Shown: in pieces, positions 1 to 12,629 of the stretch
How the letters are laid out: each line of letters starts with the position of its first letter
Position numbering within the stretch: the stretch's first letter is position 1
Assembly (NCBI GenBank): GCA_051362555.1
Contig: CM120640.1
Span: forward strand, 47,160,788-47,224,787
Direction of reading: 5' to 3'
Source: Lingula anatina
Lineage: Eukaryota; Animalia; Brachiopoda
Length of the DNA: 64,000 nucleotides
Position numbers and translations under genes: made by a program
The notes under the pieces: generated by a model
The model's database searches: none
The model's input: the letters and a program-made list of their open reading frames with translations, nothing else
Told to the model about the DNA's origin: nothing

Positions 1-1199
1 AATTAACTTATTAATGATATCAAAGCCCACAAGAAATTTGCATTCTGTCCTCCTAAGGGTTTCTAATTGAGCGTTTAGACTCGTTCCTCGTTCAATGGCA
101 CAATCTTGCATATATGCAAACGAAAAACATGAAGATGTTATGTGTAATTGTCAATGTCACTAGCAACAAGAAATGGGTGTTTAATTGGATAAAAGGTACC
201 ATTACACACCTCGATAGAATCTCACCAACCGCAATGTAGGCATTTATTACTGTTTAAGTAATACCATTAAGTTTCGAAGATACGCAGACAAGCAGAACTT
301 CGGCGTCATTTTTCAAGTTATGTCAAGTGCTTTTTCAGAAATGTTTTCCCACAAATGCATTTAAAAGTACTTTACCTTTTGTTTATTCATGTAAAGCAAA
401 TGAATATTTCTTTCCAGTGAAAGTAGAATATGTCATCCTTTTGATTTTTACCTTGAAACGTTTTTTCGTTATCGAAAGGATGCCGTTGTTAACACACAAC
501 GCCGTACTCTTTTCCAGCAAACAAGTGAGTTTTTCTATTTTTTCTCTGATTTTAGATTACATTTACATAAGTATGTTTTTACATTCCATCTGAATCAAAG
601 AAATGCAATTATTTTTAAGGAGTTAGGTTCTGTCATCAGTTTACATATTCTGATTTATACCATTGGTTTTACCTTTGACATGAAACAGATTTATTCTTTG
701 ATTGGCCAAACATAACTCTATATGATGTGCCTCCTATTTTCTAACAATTCCACACTTTGCCGATGGATCATTAAGCTTGACCCGACCTACCTGCCATACC
801 GTTCTTATTTACAAAACGCCATATTTCCAGAATTAAGCAAACAAACGCCAAACGTTGACTATTGTATTATGGAAAAAGCCGTATTGTCACCCCCGTTACC
901 ATATTGTTACGGTTATTATGAATGTGTTTTTGTGTTGTCACAAAATTTGAATTTGATCCGAATTCAATGCCCTATACAAACATAAGATGATCTTTAAATC
1001 CAGCTATAGGTAGCTGTTCTGGAACTATAGTTATGAGTGTTTGGCTGAAGAGCGTCGGTGACGCGTGGGGGAAACGACGCAGAGAAAGGAAGAAAATAGA
1101 AATTTACACTTTAATTTCACGACTATATCTCCTGCTACCTGTGAACAGCCATATACCACGAGTTAATTCTGCCTTCTGATCGATCGGTTTTTCTTCATC

Positions 1200-2453
1200 A
1201 TGCACCTAGACGCCAGGAGGATCAATATGTCGACCAAGCGATCACAATCGACGTCAGACCTGGTGACAGCTAGTACTGGTGTATCAGACACATTAAAATT
1301 CAAGGTATATAGATACTTATCAACCATGATTAACGATAATGATAATGAGGATGAGGATGATCTTGGGGGTCTCCCTAAGCAGACGGTTGGTACATTAAAA
1401 GCTGCAGACGGGGGTATCACTATCCCAGCGTCTGTACCAGGATTCCATTTTGCCAAAGCTTCCGCATATAAACTCAGTCGATCAACTCCTGACATTAGAA
1501 GCAGCAATAATAAGGAAACCAAAGCCACAGATGAATTGAAACAGAAGAAACCAATCAAGTCAAAACAGCGGCGGTTTAGATCACGCCAGCAAAATGAGAA
1601 AGTAGGACGTAACCATGGTAATCAGACCCTAGAAAGTACTAAATCTCTGGGAACTGGGAGTAGGTATTATAGAGGTCGCGACGCGTTTTTCAAGCTTGAC
1701 AGGCCGCGTTCTGCTCCCGACGTAAGAGATCCGGAAAGTTACCATGGAAATAGGCTCTGGAGAAAGCCTCCTGCATTTTGGCATTCAGATACAGACCGAT
1801 CTACGTCGTCTTTAGAAAAAAACAAGACATTTTTCTTCAGCGAGGAGTTACTTTACCACGAGACTGAGAAGGCAGATGACAAGAAAAGAGAAGAGGACAC
1901 GCCCCCAGGAGAGGTAGCGTCAAAAATATGTACAGAGCCTGAGAAAAACGAACAACCAAAACACACGGAAAATAAAAATACTCCAGATTCCTCTCAACAA
2001 AAATATGACCACCCCGGTGCTGGACACGTCACTGTGGTGACAATAACACCAAAGCATACAGGCAAGCCTAACCAACCCTCTGTGAAAATCGAATACAGGG
2101 ATCATTCAAGGCCTCAGAAAATTACTGGGTTATCACAGAACACAGAAAACATAAAGAAATCCAATGAATTTAAGCCGAAGTCTTCTGAAGACAATTCTAG
2201 AAATGTTCGATTGAGGAGGGGAGAGAGGGTCAGTGACAGCTCTAAAAGCGAATTCATCCGGAAACACCAGAAAAAAACTGACGCCGTGATTCAGCAGCCG
2301 AGAGAAAATTTGCGAGCAGAAGAGAAAAACAAAAGACAGCAAATTTCACGTGAAGAATTAGAAGGTAGGAACAACGGAAAACTAATGTTGAAATACGGTT
2401 CTGGATTCATTTTATCTTACCCTATTCGATATAATATGCCTTTAAAAATGTAA
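1200..2453 (+). CDS. Uncharacterised charged, Ser/Lys/Glu/Arg-rich, probably disordered protein (single long exon; start uncertain)
   Basis: 1254-bp ORF in AT-rich DNA, unlikely by chance. A pyrimidine tract plus TAG at 1207-1209 could be a splice acceptor, making ATG 1227 or an upstream exon the real start. No family recognised. Confidence 0.6.
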   Translation: MHLDARRINMSTKRSQSTSDLVTASTGVSDTLKFKVYRYLSTMINDNDNEDEDDLGGLPKQTVGTLKAADGGITIPASVPGFHFAKASAYKLSRSTPDIRSSNNKETKATDELKQKKPIKSKQRRFRSRQQNEKVGRNHGNQTLESTKSLGTGSRYYRGRDAFFKLDRPRSAPDVRDPESYHGNRLWRKPPAFWHSDTDRSTSSLEKNKTFFFSEELLYHETEKADDKKREEDTPPGEVASKICTEPEKNEQPKHTENKNTPDSSQQKYDHPGAGHVTVVTITPKHTGKPNQPSVKIEYRDHSRPQKITGLSQNTENIKKSNEFKPKSSEDNSRNVRLRRGERVSDSSKSEFIRKHQKKTDAVIQQPRENLRAEEKNKRQQISREELEGRNNGKLMLKYGSGFILSYPIRYNMPLKM

Positions 2454-2899
2454 AATCATGATTTGTTTTATTACATTTCTTAGTAAATCTGACATACCAT
2501 ACGTATAAGGTTGAACGGAGACACATGGGTAAGGTAGCTTTTATCCTATTTGTCATTATCCTATAATGGATGACATGTTCGATAAAACCATGCAGACCAG
2601 CTACTGTTAAAAGGTTCACATAATTAAGACTAATTGAAAAATAATGTACCTGACAAAATTAGTCATTAACATGTATTTTCACGGCATCCTATTCAATGGC
2701 TATTACCTATAATGGGCCCAATACCTGCACAAAGGAATGATTCAAGATAAATCGATATCCAGCAAGTAGATTAATCGGAACTTAATGTATTGACGATATA
2801 TCAGATCGTAATTTAGGCCGCAATGCAAATCCAATCAGGCAAAATATAGATTGCCATGTCGTATGGAGCAACAGGTGCAAACGCGAGAGGTCTTAGTGA

Positions 2900-2916
2900 A
2901 GGGGGGGGGGGGGGGG
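2900..2916. repeat. poly-G tract
   Basis: Seen directly. Confidence 0.9.
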
Positions 2917-5492
2917 TTGCTATCATTTCCTGTCTAACCCTAACTAGCCCTCAGCGGGCAGTAAACATCGTTTTTATCTTCTGAATACTACTGTACATAC
3001 CAGTATTTATTGTGGTACATTTAGTCGTATAAATCTTTCTCCCCACACACACATACACGCACGCACGCACACACTATACATTACGAGCTAGACAGATCAC
3101 ACGAGTAAATCATGTTTATGACCACGTTGAGCTTTGCCTGTTTTTTATCACCGTCCCTGAAACAGTTTAATGTTACATAAATTTACGATTAGTGGTTAGC
3201 TGATTTTTGTCGCGGAGAGATGAACAAACAGACCCAGACGTATGTTTTGACTTCACACATATTTTTATATAATAGCATGTTAGCATATTTTTAATATTAT
3301 TCCAACCTCTTCATATTCTCTCCGAAGGCCATTGGAATGTTTGGTGAAATGACATTTCGCTTTTCCCGTTCAGTTAAATGCAACTGTAACACTATTCCGA
3401 AACATTAACAGTACCTACGTAAGCTACGTTGTATACATATCACAAATCACTCAGATCCTACAGCAACAGCGGTCGATGGTGGATAGAGAGAAACTTAACT
3501 GATTCCAATACAGAAGTTGCTAATGGACAGATTGTCGCACCTGGACACCCTGTTATTTGATACCACCGAGAGTTAAGTCAAACTAATATCACTCATTTGA
3601 TGAACAAACTGTAGGTAGGCGGACAAGAAGAGAGAGGTGCAAATAAGGAAAACGCACTTTCTAAACGTTTAACACAGTGATCGAAACCCCGTTTAATTTA
3701 CGATGACAAGGCGACATATCTACATGTACTTGTAAAGGTAAGACACAGGGAAAGACATGAAATGAATATGACAGGTGCTTATTGGAAAAAATCATATTAG
3801 AAAACGTGTTCTCAAGCTCACTGAGCACAGTCAACGAAAATTTTCAAAAGGGAAATTGAGACACGAAGTCGTGCAGTTTGTGGATTACAGAAATATTAGC
3901 AATTGTATGGGATTAAAGGAAGGATGTTCAGTCATGCATAGGTATCGTGCTAGGTAGTCAGGGAGACATGAATTTCCAGTAGCTGCTGCACTGAAGAAAA
4001 TAGCACAAATATTCACCGTATTATAAAAACACTTCGGACACTCACTTCAATGAAAATAACAGGTGTTGCCAAAAAGTGGGCTATATTTGTAGTCTTTATA
4101 GTCATGGCAATATGACATTATGTTATTACTGATTTAACACAGGCACTTGACTTTACTGAAAAAAAGAGAGCAAAGAAGAGGGTGAAAATAGGGATACATG
4201 GTTTTAGAACTGCAGTGTTTGTGAAAGGACACTTCTAAGCACAGGGTTTTTTCACTTTAAACCAGTGTTTTTGGAATATCACAGACAATCACTTGCATGA
4301 GAAAATACAGGTATTAAAATGATCAAAAGTTATTTAAATCTCGTGAACGTGAAGATACATGTGCAGCACACCAAACTTTAGAAGGGTCATCGGAATTTCA
4401 CAGATGACACAAAGGAAAAAAATATTACTAAATAACCAAATTTCTAACTTCCATCTGGAGACCCTATGCATTCAAAGTCATTCAATTACTTAAGAAAAAC
4501 CAAAAGTGGAACAAAATCCTGATCAAGTAGAGATTGAGTGGAACACATTCTAGGAAAGTGCGTCATCATTCCACTTGTCAAAAGACAAATCGTGTATTTA
4601 TCTACGTATTGTGTTCTTATCTTTCATAATAGTTAACGTGTGATACAATCCACCGTCTATTTTTAACCACCTGTAGACAAGCAAAGGTGGGTCTGATACC
4701 TAAATGTTGCCACGCCCACTCAAAATGTCTGCGCCTAGTTTGCTTACCGTGACTATGTCAATAGATCTTAACTTTGTCATCGCGGCTACCTGAGTAATGA
4801 CCCTGTCCATTGCAATGTAATATAAAGTATGTTTAAATTACCGCACCGCAGCATTAGCGTTGTTGGAATGCGTGACTGATGTATATAAATCCGAGTTATA
4901 ATGTGGGCTCAATTTTGCCGCATCGTTTTATCGTTTAAATGTTTGTCCGGGTCAGTTGCTCATACCTGGTTGTCACAAATACAGAAATGTCTTTTCTTTC
5001 GAAACTCGATGAACGAGCCTTTTCTTAGGTAAATAGTCAACCTTTCATTCTGCATAGATTAAAAATACCTCAGGCCGCAAAACTCACGCGTTTTTTCCCA
5101 GAAGGGCACTAAATATTCAGGAGTAAAACGTGTTGTTCGTGCTTTCATATGTGACAAAACTATAACAGAGTAAGACGGTATAAAACCTGTCCTTAAGTGG
5201 GCTTATAAGCACCAATTCTTATTTGAGTATGTAAATGTAATTTGTGCAGATTAAGAGCAAAGGCAACACATCGCAGATCATTTGACCTATTTTTAGTTGG
5301 TCACTTATTCCATGTAGTGTTATCATAATCAAAATGGCAGCCAAATTGTGGAATTGTGAAGGCGTGCATGTTTTGAATTTTTTATTTAATTATTTATTTA
5401 TTTTATTTATTTATTATTATTTTTTTTTTTGACACACCAGGACTGCCTGTTGCAAAAGATCATTTACGAAAACTGTATAAACATGTATACGT

Positions 5493-5855
5493 TTTAGAGA
5501 TGACAACTCTTCATATTGGCGGAAAAAGTGCCATTAAACGGATTTTCCTAGGGTAAACGACAGTTTCCCCAGACCTTCCAATGGTTAATGACTCCGTTCC
5601 GACATTCAAAGTTACTCAATTGCTTTTTTAAAAAAATGTGTGGTTTTTGTGTTAATCTCTTCACATATTATTTCGGAGGGTACCAATCTATGAATTCGGA
5701 GGGTCCACGGGGTCCGATGACAACGACAGGTTTCAGAATAATTCCGATAAATGCCGTTTTGGTGTAAAACGGAATTTAATATATTTCCATGTGTTGTTTA
5801 CAAGGTACTTATTGTGGAATTTAGAATCTCATATGAAGAATTGTTATCCCTTTAA
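5493..5855 (+). mobile_element. Non-autonomous DNA transposon (Kolobok-like MITE), copy A
   Basis: Colinear with 54492-54834 (e.g. GGATTTTCCTAGGGTAAA vs GGATTTCCCTAGGGTAAA, CAGAATAATT.CGATAA, GTTGTTTACAA). Ends TTATCCCTTTAA; left end degenerate. Confidence 0.7.
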
Positions 5856-6209
5856 AATATCTCGCACTTGTTTCTATCCCAGTCATGCTTTTTGAATTAT
5901 TGGAAGATTCATAGGCTCCAAATGTTGATGAAACACGAGAAACATTAAAGTCATCCGCACCAAGCCCCCAAAGCAGAGACTTGTTAAACCTTGCAGTGAC
6001 GTGACAAACTCGGTAAACAAGGACGTGATTGATATATCCATGACACTATGACACTCTTGACAGACTTTGCCCTTACTAGTATGCAAAAAGTATATAATAT
6101 TTACCAAGTTTATAAGTAGCGCACAGACACGCTAGATCAGGGGGACTCTTTACAGCTTTAGGCTTTCCATTACTTTAGCAGAAGTGAGGATCTTAAGCGA
6201 AAGGAAACG

Positions 6210-6248
6210 ACACGCGCGCGCACATACCCACGCGCGCGCACATACATT

Positions 6249-6285
<37 letters not shown>
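6210..6285. repeat. Purine-pyrimidine alternating tract: (CG)n doublet plus (CA)n microsatellite
   Basis: CACGCGCGCGCACATAC twice, then a long (AC)n run. Confidence 0.9.
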
Positions 6286-6286
<1 letters not shown>

Positions 6287-6600
6287 TTCGGGCAGCTCCC
6301 CTTGATCTCTCACTTTAAAATGATGAAGACGAAATATGTTAAGTATGTTATCATCATCATTATCAAATATTCTTAATGAGTAATTGATTTCAAATATTTT
6401 GCTTCAGATAGTAAGTTCTTAGTAAGATATATAAAATGATAAATGAGAAGTTTTTACATAAATGTAAGCTACTCTGCAGACATTAATTTGATTATTTTAC
6501 TCAAAAGTCACTTGAACAAAAGCTCAAGCTTTATTATTTTAATAATACTTTTGATTATAAATTATAAACAGCAAGATGTATAAAGGGCTAACTCCAGCTA

Positions 6601-6675
6601 CCCCCTTCCTCCCCCCTCCCCTCCCCCCCTCCCCCCTCCCCCCCCCCTCCGCCTTCCTCCCACTCCATCCCTTCC
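6601..6675 (-). repeat. C-rich low-complexity tract (G-quadruplex-capable on the minus strand)
   Basis: Many C3-C8 runs separated by single T, about 1.1 kb upstream of the PTB gene start. Confidence 0.75.
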
Positions 6676-7729
6676 CTGTTATTTACTACTTTCGCCAAGG
6701 TCGTTATTGTTGTTTATGGCAAAGTTATTCAAGTTTTGTGTACGAAAGAGGCAGCAGTTTTACACAGTTTTTTTTCTCTTTTTACGGCTTTTTATGGATT
6801 GTCAAAGAAAACAGCATTATGCAAAGAAAATACATAACCCATTAAAATTGCGCCTTGTCCCCAATTCCGGTTCAAGTTTATTATATATATATATATGTAC
6901 TCACTAAGATAAAGTTTTTGACAAGACCATAAAATTGGTGGTTGAAGTCGATAAATGTCGTACTTAATGTGAAGTTACATGCACGTTACTCGTGGGATTG
7001 TAAAAAGGGGTTGATTAACTACGAGTATTTGGGCATAAACTAGTGTTTAGAACGGCTAGTCGCCATTTTTTTCGAGTATCAAACTGGTGGTCTACATTTT
7101 TATAAAATTCCCATCGAAAACCACAAAGTACTTTATGTATTGTTACATACCAGTTGCGTGTGAGAGTCAGATGCGCAGTGACAAGATAAATCATCTTCAC
7201 TGAAAAAACACGTGTATTTGCTACTTTAACATTCCGCAGTGTTTTTTACGATCTCTTTGTAGCTGCTCGAGATTTTAAACAAAACTTCCATTTTCCATGG
7301 AATAAAATGCTTAAAACACGCGACAAATGCGTCAGGATATCTCAATGGAGATACTGAACATTGCCATCAAATTATATACCTCGGGCGTCAAGAGAAGTGT
7401 ATTTATCAGCAAAATAAGTAGCCTTTAAATTTGCGTGCTTCTGGTAATAAACCACGATCTTTCGACGCAGTAAACAAATACTTCAGTTGATGATAAACCC
7501 CCCTTGAGCTGCGACCTTAAGTTTCATTGGCATTACCTTGCTTAAGGTGACCGGTTTCCCATATGGGATCGGTAGTCGAGAGGGCTACTATACGGAACAG
7601 AAAAACTATAAATATACGCATTTAGGATGTTTAAGTTATTTTTCGCTGGGAATTTGGATAAGTAGTTACTTGAATTTGTCTCGTGGGAAATTCATTTAAA
7701 AAAGCTAAACAGGAGTTATAGGACTGAAT

Positions 7730-7748
7730 ATGTTAGAGCGGTTGAAAG
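7730..7748 (+). CDS. First coding exon of the PTB-domain gene (MLERLK + 1 nt)
   Basis: ATG TTA GAG CGG TTG AAA G|GTAAGC, a strong phase-1 donor. It matches the phase-1 acceptor TTCTTCTTTTCCAG|CT at 8918-8919 and gives MLERLKAWTSRRRRK. Confidence 0.7.
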
Positions 7749-8919
7749 GTAAGCTTTCAGATGTCCAAAACTGACGTTTGTGTTTTAAAAATCATTATTT
7801 CCGTGGCATTTTATTATGTTTTCAAAGAAAAGGTGCATTTCATCATCATCTCAGTCTTTTGGAACATAGGTTATTTTTGACTGTATCATTTCTAACCAAA
7901 GATAAAGATCCTCCGCCTAACAGTTTGCATTAGGTGGTATAAGAATTAATCTTGTTAACATTATTCGCACTATATACTGTACATCAATTTGGATTTAATC
8001 CTATCAACAAAATACTTTCTTATTAATTGTTTTTTAAACTCAAACGGTTAATTGCTTGACGGATTGCGAATAGAAAAATGATTCTTCCCTTTTTTGCATT
8101 TACATTGAATGCAATTACTGCTAGTAATACTAACATCCTAACACATGTATATTAACTTTTTAAGTGGTGAAGTTCTTACACTGTCATGCTACGTTTCTTA
8201 ACGATTAATCAATACATGGTAATTCAGTCATACACTGTGAATGTGTATCAAAATTTCTTGGTAGCATTGCAGGTTTGTAACCTACTCTATGCACATATTT
8301 GGGATTAAGTAATAGATTATAAAACAAACAAACGCAATGAAGTGAAAGTTTACACAAACCGCACTGCCGATGACGTCATGATTACCACAAATACCAACGT
8401 GTGAGAGTGGGCGACACCTTCCTAAAATTTCAGTCAGATATACCAACTTCCTACATAAGTCTGGCTAATGTAAAAGCTTACTAATACATGTACAAGGAGT
8501 CCCTAATGGAAAGTATAAATTTCCTATTACAGTCCGTCTAATATCTGGGGTAGAGACGAAATCTTAATTACTTGTTGACATTGTTTAGATCCGTTTTCAA
8601 TTAGTAAGGTCAACTCGCTGCTAAATAATATCTTATATGAACGATAGAGATCTTTTAGTTTTGCGATCTGTACAAAATTATTATAAGTATAAAGGAGGAT
8701 GTCGACTCCTTCCACAACTCTGAGCTAAGTGGTTGCGTTTTAGTGATACATGAGAGGTGAACCACCAACTGCGATCTGTATGAATCACTGAGGCATTTTG
8801 AAGTTTACGTTAACTCTTATACGCATGCTGGTGCATTAGCTGTCGTTAATATAACCTAACCTAACGTCGTTTATGAACACATAGATAGGCCTATATGGGT
8901 GTATGTTCTTCTTTTCCAG

Positions 8920-11024
8920 CTTGGACCTCGCGGCGACGCCGTAAACGTCCCGACAACGCCAACGTCGCCGGGTCCCCGCCGTCACAGACATCAGTTTCCA
9001 GCTCAGCACTACGCCGAAGACGTATGGAGGGCAGGGAATATCGTGTCGTTTACCTAGGAAACTCTACGCTGACCCATTTCTCTACAGGGCTGGGTGCAGT
9101 TCAGAAGGCCCTTCGGGAGGTGTACATACAGTACAGGATGGCCACTGGTAAAGCATCGTCGCAGGAGAGAACAGTGAAGGTGAATACGGAAGGAATTAGC
9201 GTCTTATTCAATGACGGACCCAAGGCGCGTGAGATCCGCTACCCATTTTCTTCCATCCCTTTCAGTGCTGCGGTACGCTACATTCTAAGAAAGGACAAAA
9301 CGGGGAAGAAACTTGAAGGTTGTTTCGGTCCAGTCGCCCCTTCGTCGTATGTTACCATAGACAGACTTATGACAGCAGTGGATAAAAAACACAATTTTTT
9401 GGCCCAGCTTCACCATCCGCCTATGGTAGTGTGTGTTATGCGAAGAAATAAAGGTCTCCGGGCCTTGGAGTGCCACGCCTTCCTGTGCAGCAACGAGGAT
9501 GATGCACGAAACCTTGCGTTCGATCTTCAACCCGACTCCGAGTCCGTCAGAGACACTCGCTTTGCAGATTATCCGCCTCCAGTCTCTAATGAAGAGAACT
9601 ATGGGCCCACACACAACGTTAATCGTCATCATTCTGCCGGCTCTCATCATCACGCAGCAGTCACAGCTGGCGACCAAAGGATGCTCTACGCTCCTGAAGT
9701 CAGGCATTCAATATCAACGGCACGCCCTCAGCACCATCTGCTGTCAGGACATCAGCAGCAACAGCAGGGCATGCCTGAAGAGTCTCACCTGAGAAGACTG
9801 AATAGTCAACAACAGCAAAGCCCATTACAGTCTATTAATACCAAATTTTCGCATCATCACCAGAGGAATGACCCAGCATCATTATTGGACAATACCGGCA
9901 ACTGGCAGGATTCGCTATCTGACATTAACCTAGATGACTTTACATTACAGAAACATAAAAGAAGTACAGCTCCCACGCGGAGTGCTGGTCACAGTGGTGC
10001 GGGACTGGACACAAGGAAAGAGGACATTAGGACAGCGATCAGTCATTCCTTAGAACATCAACTACAACATCACCAGCGCCAACAACAGCAGCCTTATACC
10101 CGAGGTAAGAATAGTTCAAAGACACATTCAGAACGTATATCATCAGACACCACAGATTATCACCCACCTAGAAAATCCAGTGCCGAAAGAACCAAGTCAG
10201 AACCATCGAAAGCCAACAAGGATAATAATAATACATCTACAAGCAACGTTGGACAGTTTGGATTTTTCTTCAGAGGAGTTTCGGCGTCAATGGGGCAGAG
10301 CACCTCCAAAGAACAGTCAACTCCAGCGCAGCAACAGCAGTCCCATGTCCTCCCCCGAAAGTCAAAGGCTGAGAGAATTTACCAAGACCATCCGCCAGGG
10401 CGGTCTCAGAACGAGGTGTCTTCAAATCATGGCCAATCGTCCGCAGGAAGAGGGGGTATTAACCGACCATTGTCACCACGTGATTTCAAAGCCCGTCGTC
10501 CCACGTCCCCGATACCCCTCTCTCCCGAACATTCAAAAAACCGTAACTCGTCAGATGGGTCGCATTCCAATAAAAAACTGTTAAATAAGAAACCTGACCG
10601 ACCTGTTGCCAAAGTACCGCCCCATTTGCGGCAAGGTGTTCGGGTACTCCCATCGGAACCCTCGTCGGGTATAGACGACTTAAAGAAATCCGGTAATTCT
10701 GAAAGTTTTTCTTTCAATGGAAAATTCATTTCGTCTGATCGTAGACCGAGCAGTAGGTCAGGTGACATCAAAGGAATGCATGAAAACAACTGGAAATTTG
10801 GGCAAAGTAATAACAGACATAACGGAACCGGAAGTAACGAAAAAACACCACACCGCCATGTTTTAGAAAGTCAGGATTCAAGCATGAGTGACAAACTTTT
10901 GCTTAGTCAAAAGAAAGATGCAGAAATTGCCTCTGCTTTATCAAATTTACATTTTGAATATGAACCTGCAACACCTATGGCGACCAGTGGAGATTTCGAG
11001 CGCTCTTTAGGCTATTTACCATGA
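8920..11024 (+). CDS. PTB/PID-domain protein (resembles the CG12581-type PTB subgroup) with a long His/Gln/Ser-rich disordered tail; main exon
   Basis: PTB hallmarks YRVVYLG, VKVNTEGISV, and HPPMVVCVMRR...LECHAFLC..EDDARNLA. Acceptor at 8918-8919; stop TGA 11022-11024. Confidence 0.85.
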
Positions 11025-11677
11025 AGTAGCTATTACGAAAAACCTGTGCAATCTTAATAGTACTGTAACCTCGAACTGATCCAATTAATTAAAAATGTGG
11101 AAAAGAGGCTTTTAAAGTCAGACATGCTTACTTTTGGTGCCAGCACTGTAATCTTTTTACAGGACATTTATTGAAAAGTCTCATGCAAAGATACTCTACT
11201 AGGTGTAGTTTCTAAGTCATGCTCTTCATCTCGACTTTGTTCTCTACATCCAAGCATACACTATTATTAATGGTGCATATGGAAACGGATTTACTTTTGG
11301 TAGGGTATCCTTGCATGTGCTTCTTTCATTTTTAGAAAAGAACACATGATTCAGTAATTTAACAATGGGATTTAACCTAAGATTTATCTTATTAAACCAT
11401 TCTTGACATTGATACATGTGGCTTTAAAATTTGACCATCATTGCTACATTGCATTAAGTAGGACAAATATTATGCATATACTGCATCCATTGAAGAATAA
11501 GGTATAAGTTGTCAAAGATGAAACTATTTTCATGCCATTTCTGTAGTGACTGTCATTGTGTCCTTAGACATTTTACAAGGAAATATGATGTAGTGCACAG
11601 TATCGGGGTGCCGTACTTTTGCAATCAAAATGTATATTTCACTGAGGTTTGACAGTCACCAAGCTGTGTGACGCTCT

Positions 11678-11722
11678 ATTAAAAGTAAAGAACAAAAACA
11701 CCGCACTTATGTTGTTGCTTTG
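11678..11722 (+). terminator. Candidate poly(A) signal of the PTB gene
   Basis: ATTAAA at 11678-11683, followed about 25 nt later by a GT-rich element (TTATGTTGTTGCTTTG). Confidence 0.4.
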
Positions 11723-12441
11723 ATAATTATATTTGATGCACATTATAAAAGTCAAATAACTTTAAATACTGCAACTAGCACGTGATAAGAAGATCTAACA
11801 ATAGAGTCTCCAAAATTTTGTACAGCACCTCTATAGCCCAGCTGTTGCCGGCATTGCAGTTGTTCCTGCCTCACTCAATCCACCCAGTCTGACGTATGAA
11901 TATACAAGCTTGGTTTGGCGTGTGACCTCATTTAGAATCTGACTGCACAAATGTCCACTGCGAAAGGTCACATTCTCAAACTGTGCTGTTTATGGCGATT
12001 TTAGATCTTTTTGGTCAAATATAGGCCTATTGTAACATCTGTTGACCTTATAACACAGAAAAGATTAACTTTCATGCTATTTGTGTAACAAGGTTAATCA
12101 GATAACTTGGCTGATCATTTTAACTTGCGAAGTATTTAATATTCTCGTCACCACCATCCCACCCTCAACTCCAACCAAACCTTACAAAACAGAAAAACAA
12201 AATTGGTAATCTTATATAAAGCAAGACTTCATTCAATTTCCCTTTTTCTTAATGCTCATGTTGTTGGTCAGACATAAGAGGTTAAAGCGAAATAATTTCC
12301 GAAGCTGTAGAGCAGCATTTTGCAACCGGTTGCAAAAGGAGTTCAGTTGCAAAATGCACCTCATTGTGGTAGCTGCGTGGCTGTCTTCTTCTCTACCGCA
12401 GTTGACCCAAAGTGCACGCTTCTAAATCTATTCGCTTGCAT

Positions 12442-12629
12442 CACTCGACCAAAAAAGTTTTAAAAAGTTCGGAAACAAAAAATTGTTTTTTCCATGATTA
12501 AAAAACTATGTAACTTGATGTAGTGGGAAATATTAAGTGTATATAAAAAAGTAACGGATGGTGAGTGCATTATCCATCATTATTTGGTTAAAATACATTA
12601 TATGTTTCCGAACTTTTTGTTGTCGAGTG
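12442..12629. mobile_element. Tc1/mariner-like MITE
   Basis: Left CACTCGACCAAAAAAG...AAAAAGTTCGGAAAC; right GTTTCCGAACTTTTTGTTGTCGAGTG followed by TA. The left TA is not preserved. Confidence 0.6.

Noticed and set aside
505-530. 7-nt microexon TTTTCCAG|CAAACAA|GTGAGT
   Set aside because: Cannot be linked to a partner exon within the window; may be chance or the end of a longer UTR exon.
8895-8919. MGVCSS N-myristoylation start of the 709-aa ORF
   Set aside because: Overlaps a strong splice acceptor, and an in-phase upstream ATG exon exists. Kept only as a speculative isoform.
9285-10789. Overlapping alternative-frame and antisense ORFs (119-140 aa) in the PTB gene
   Set aside because: Shadows of a GC-richer real CDS, with no recognisable motifs.
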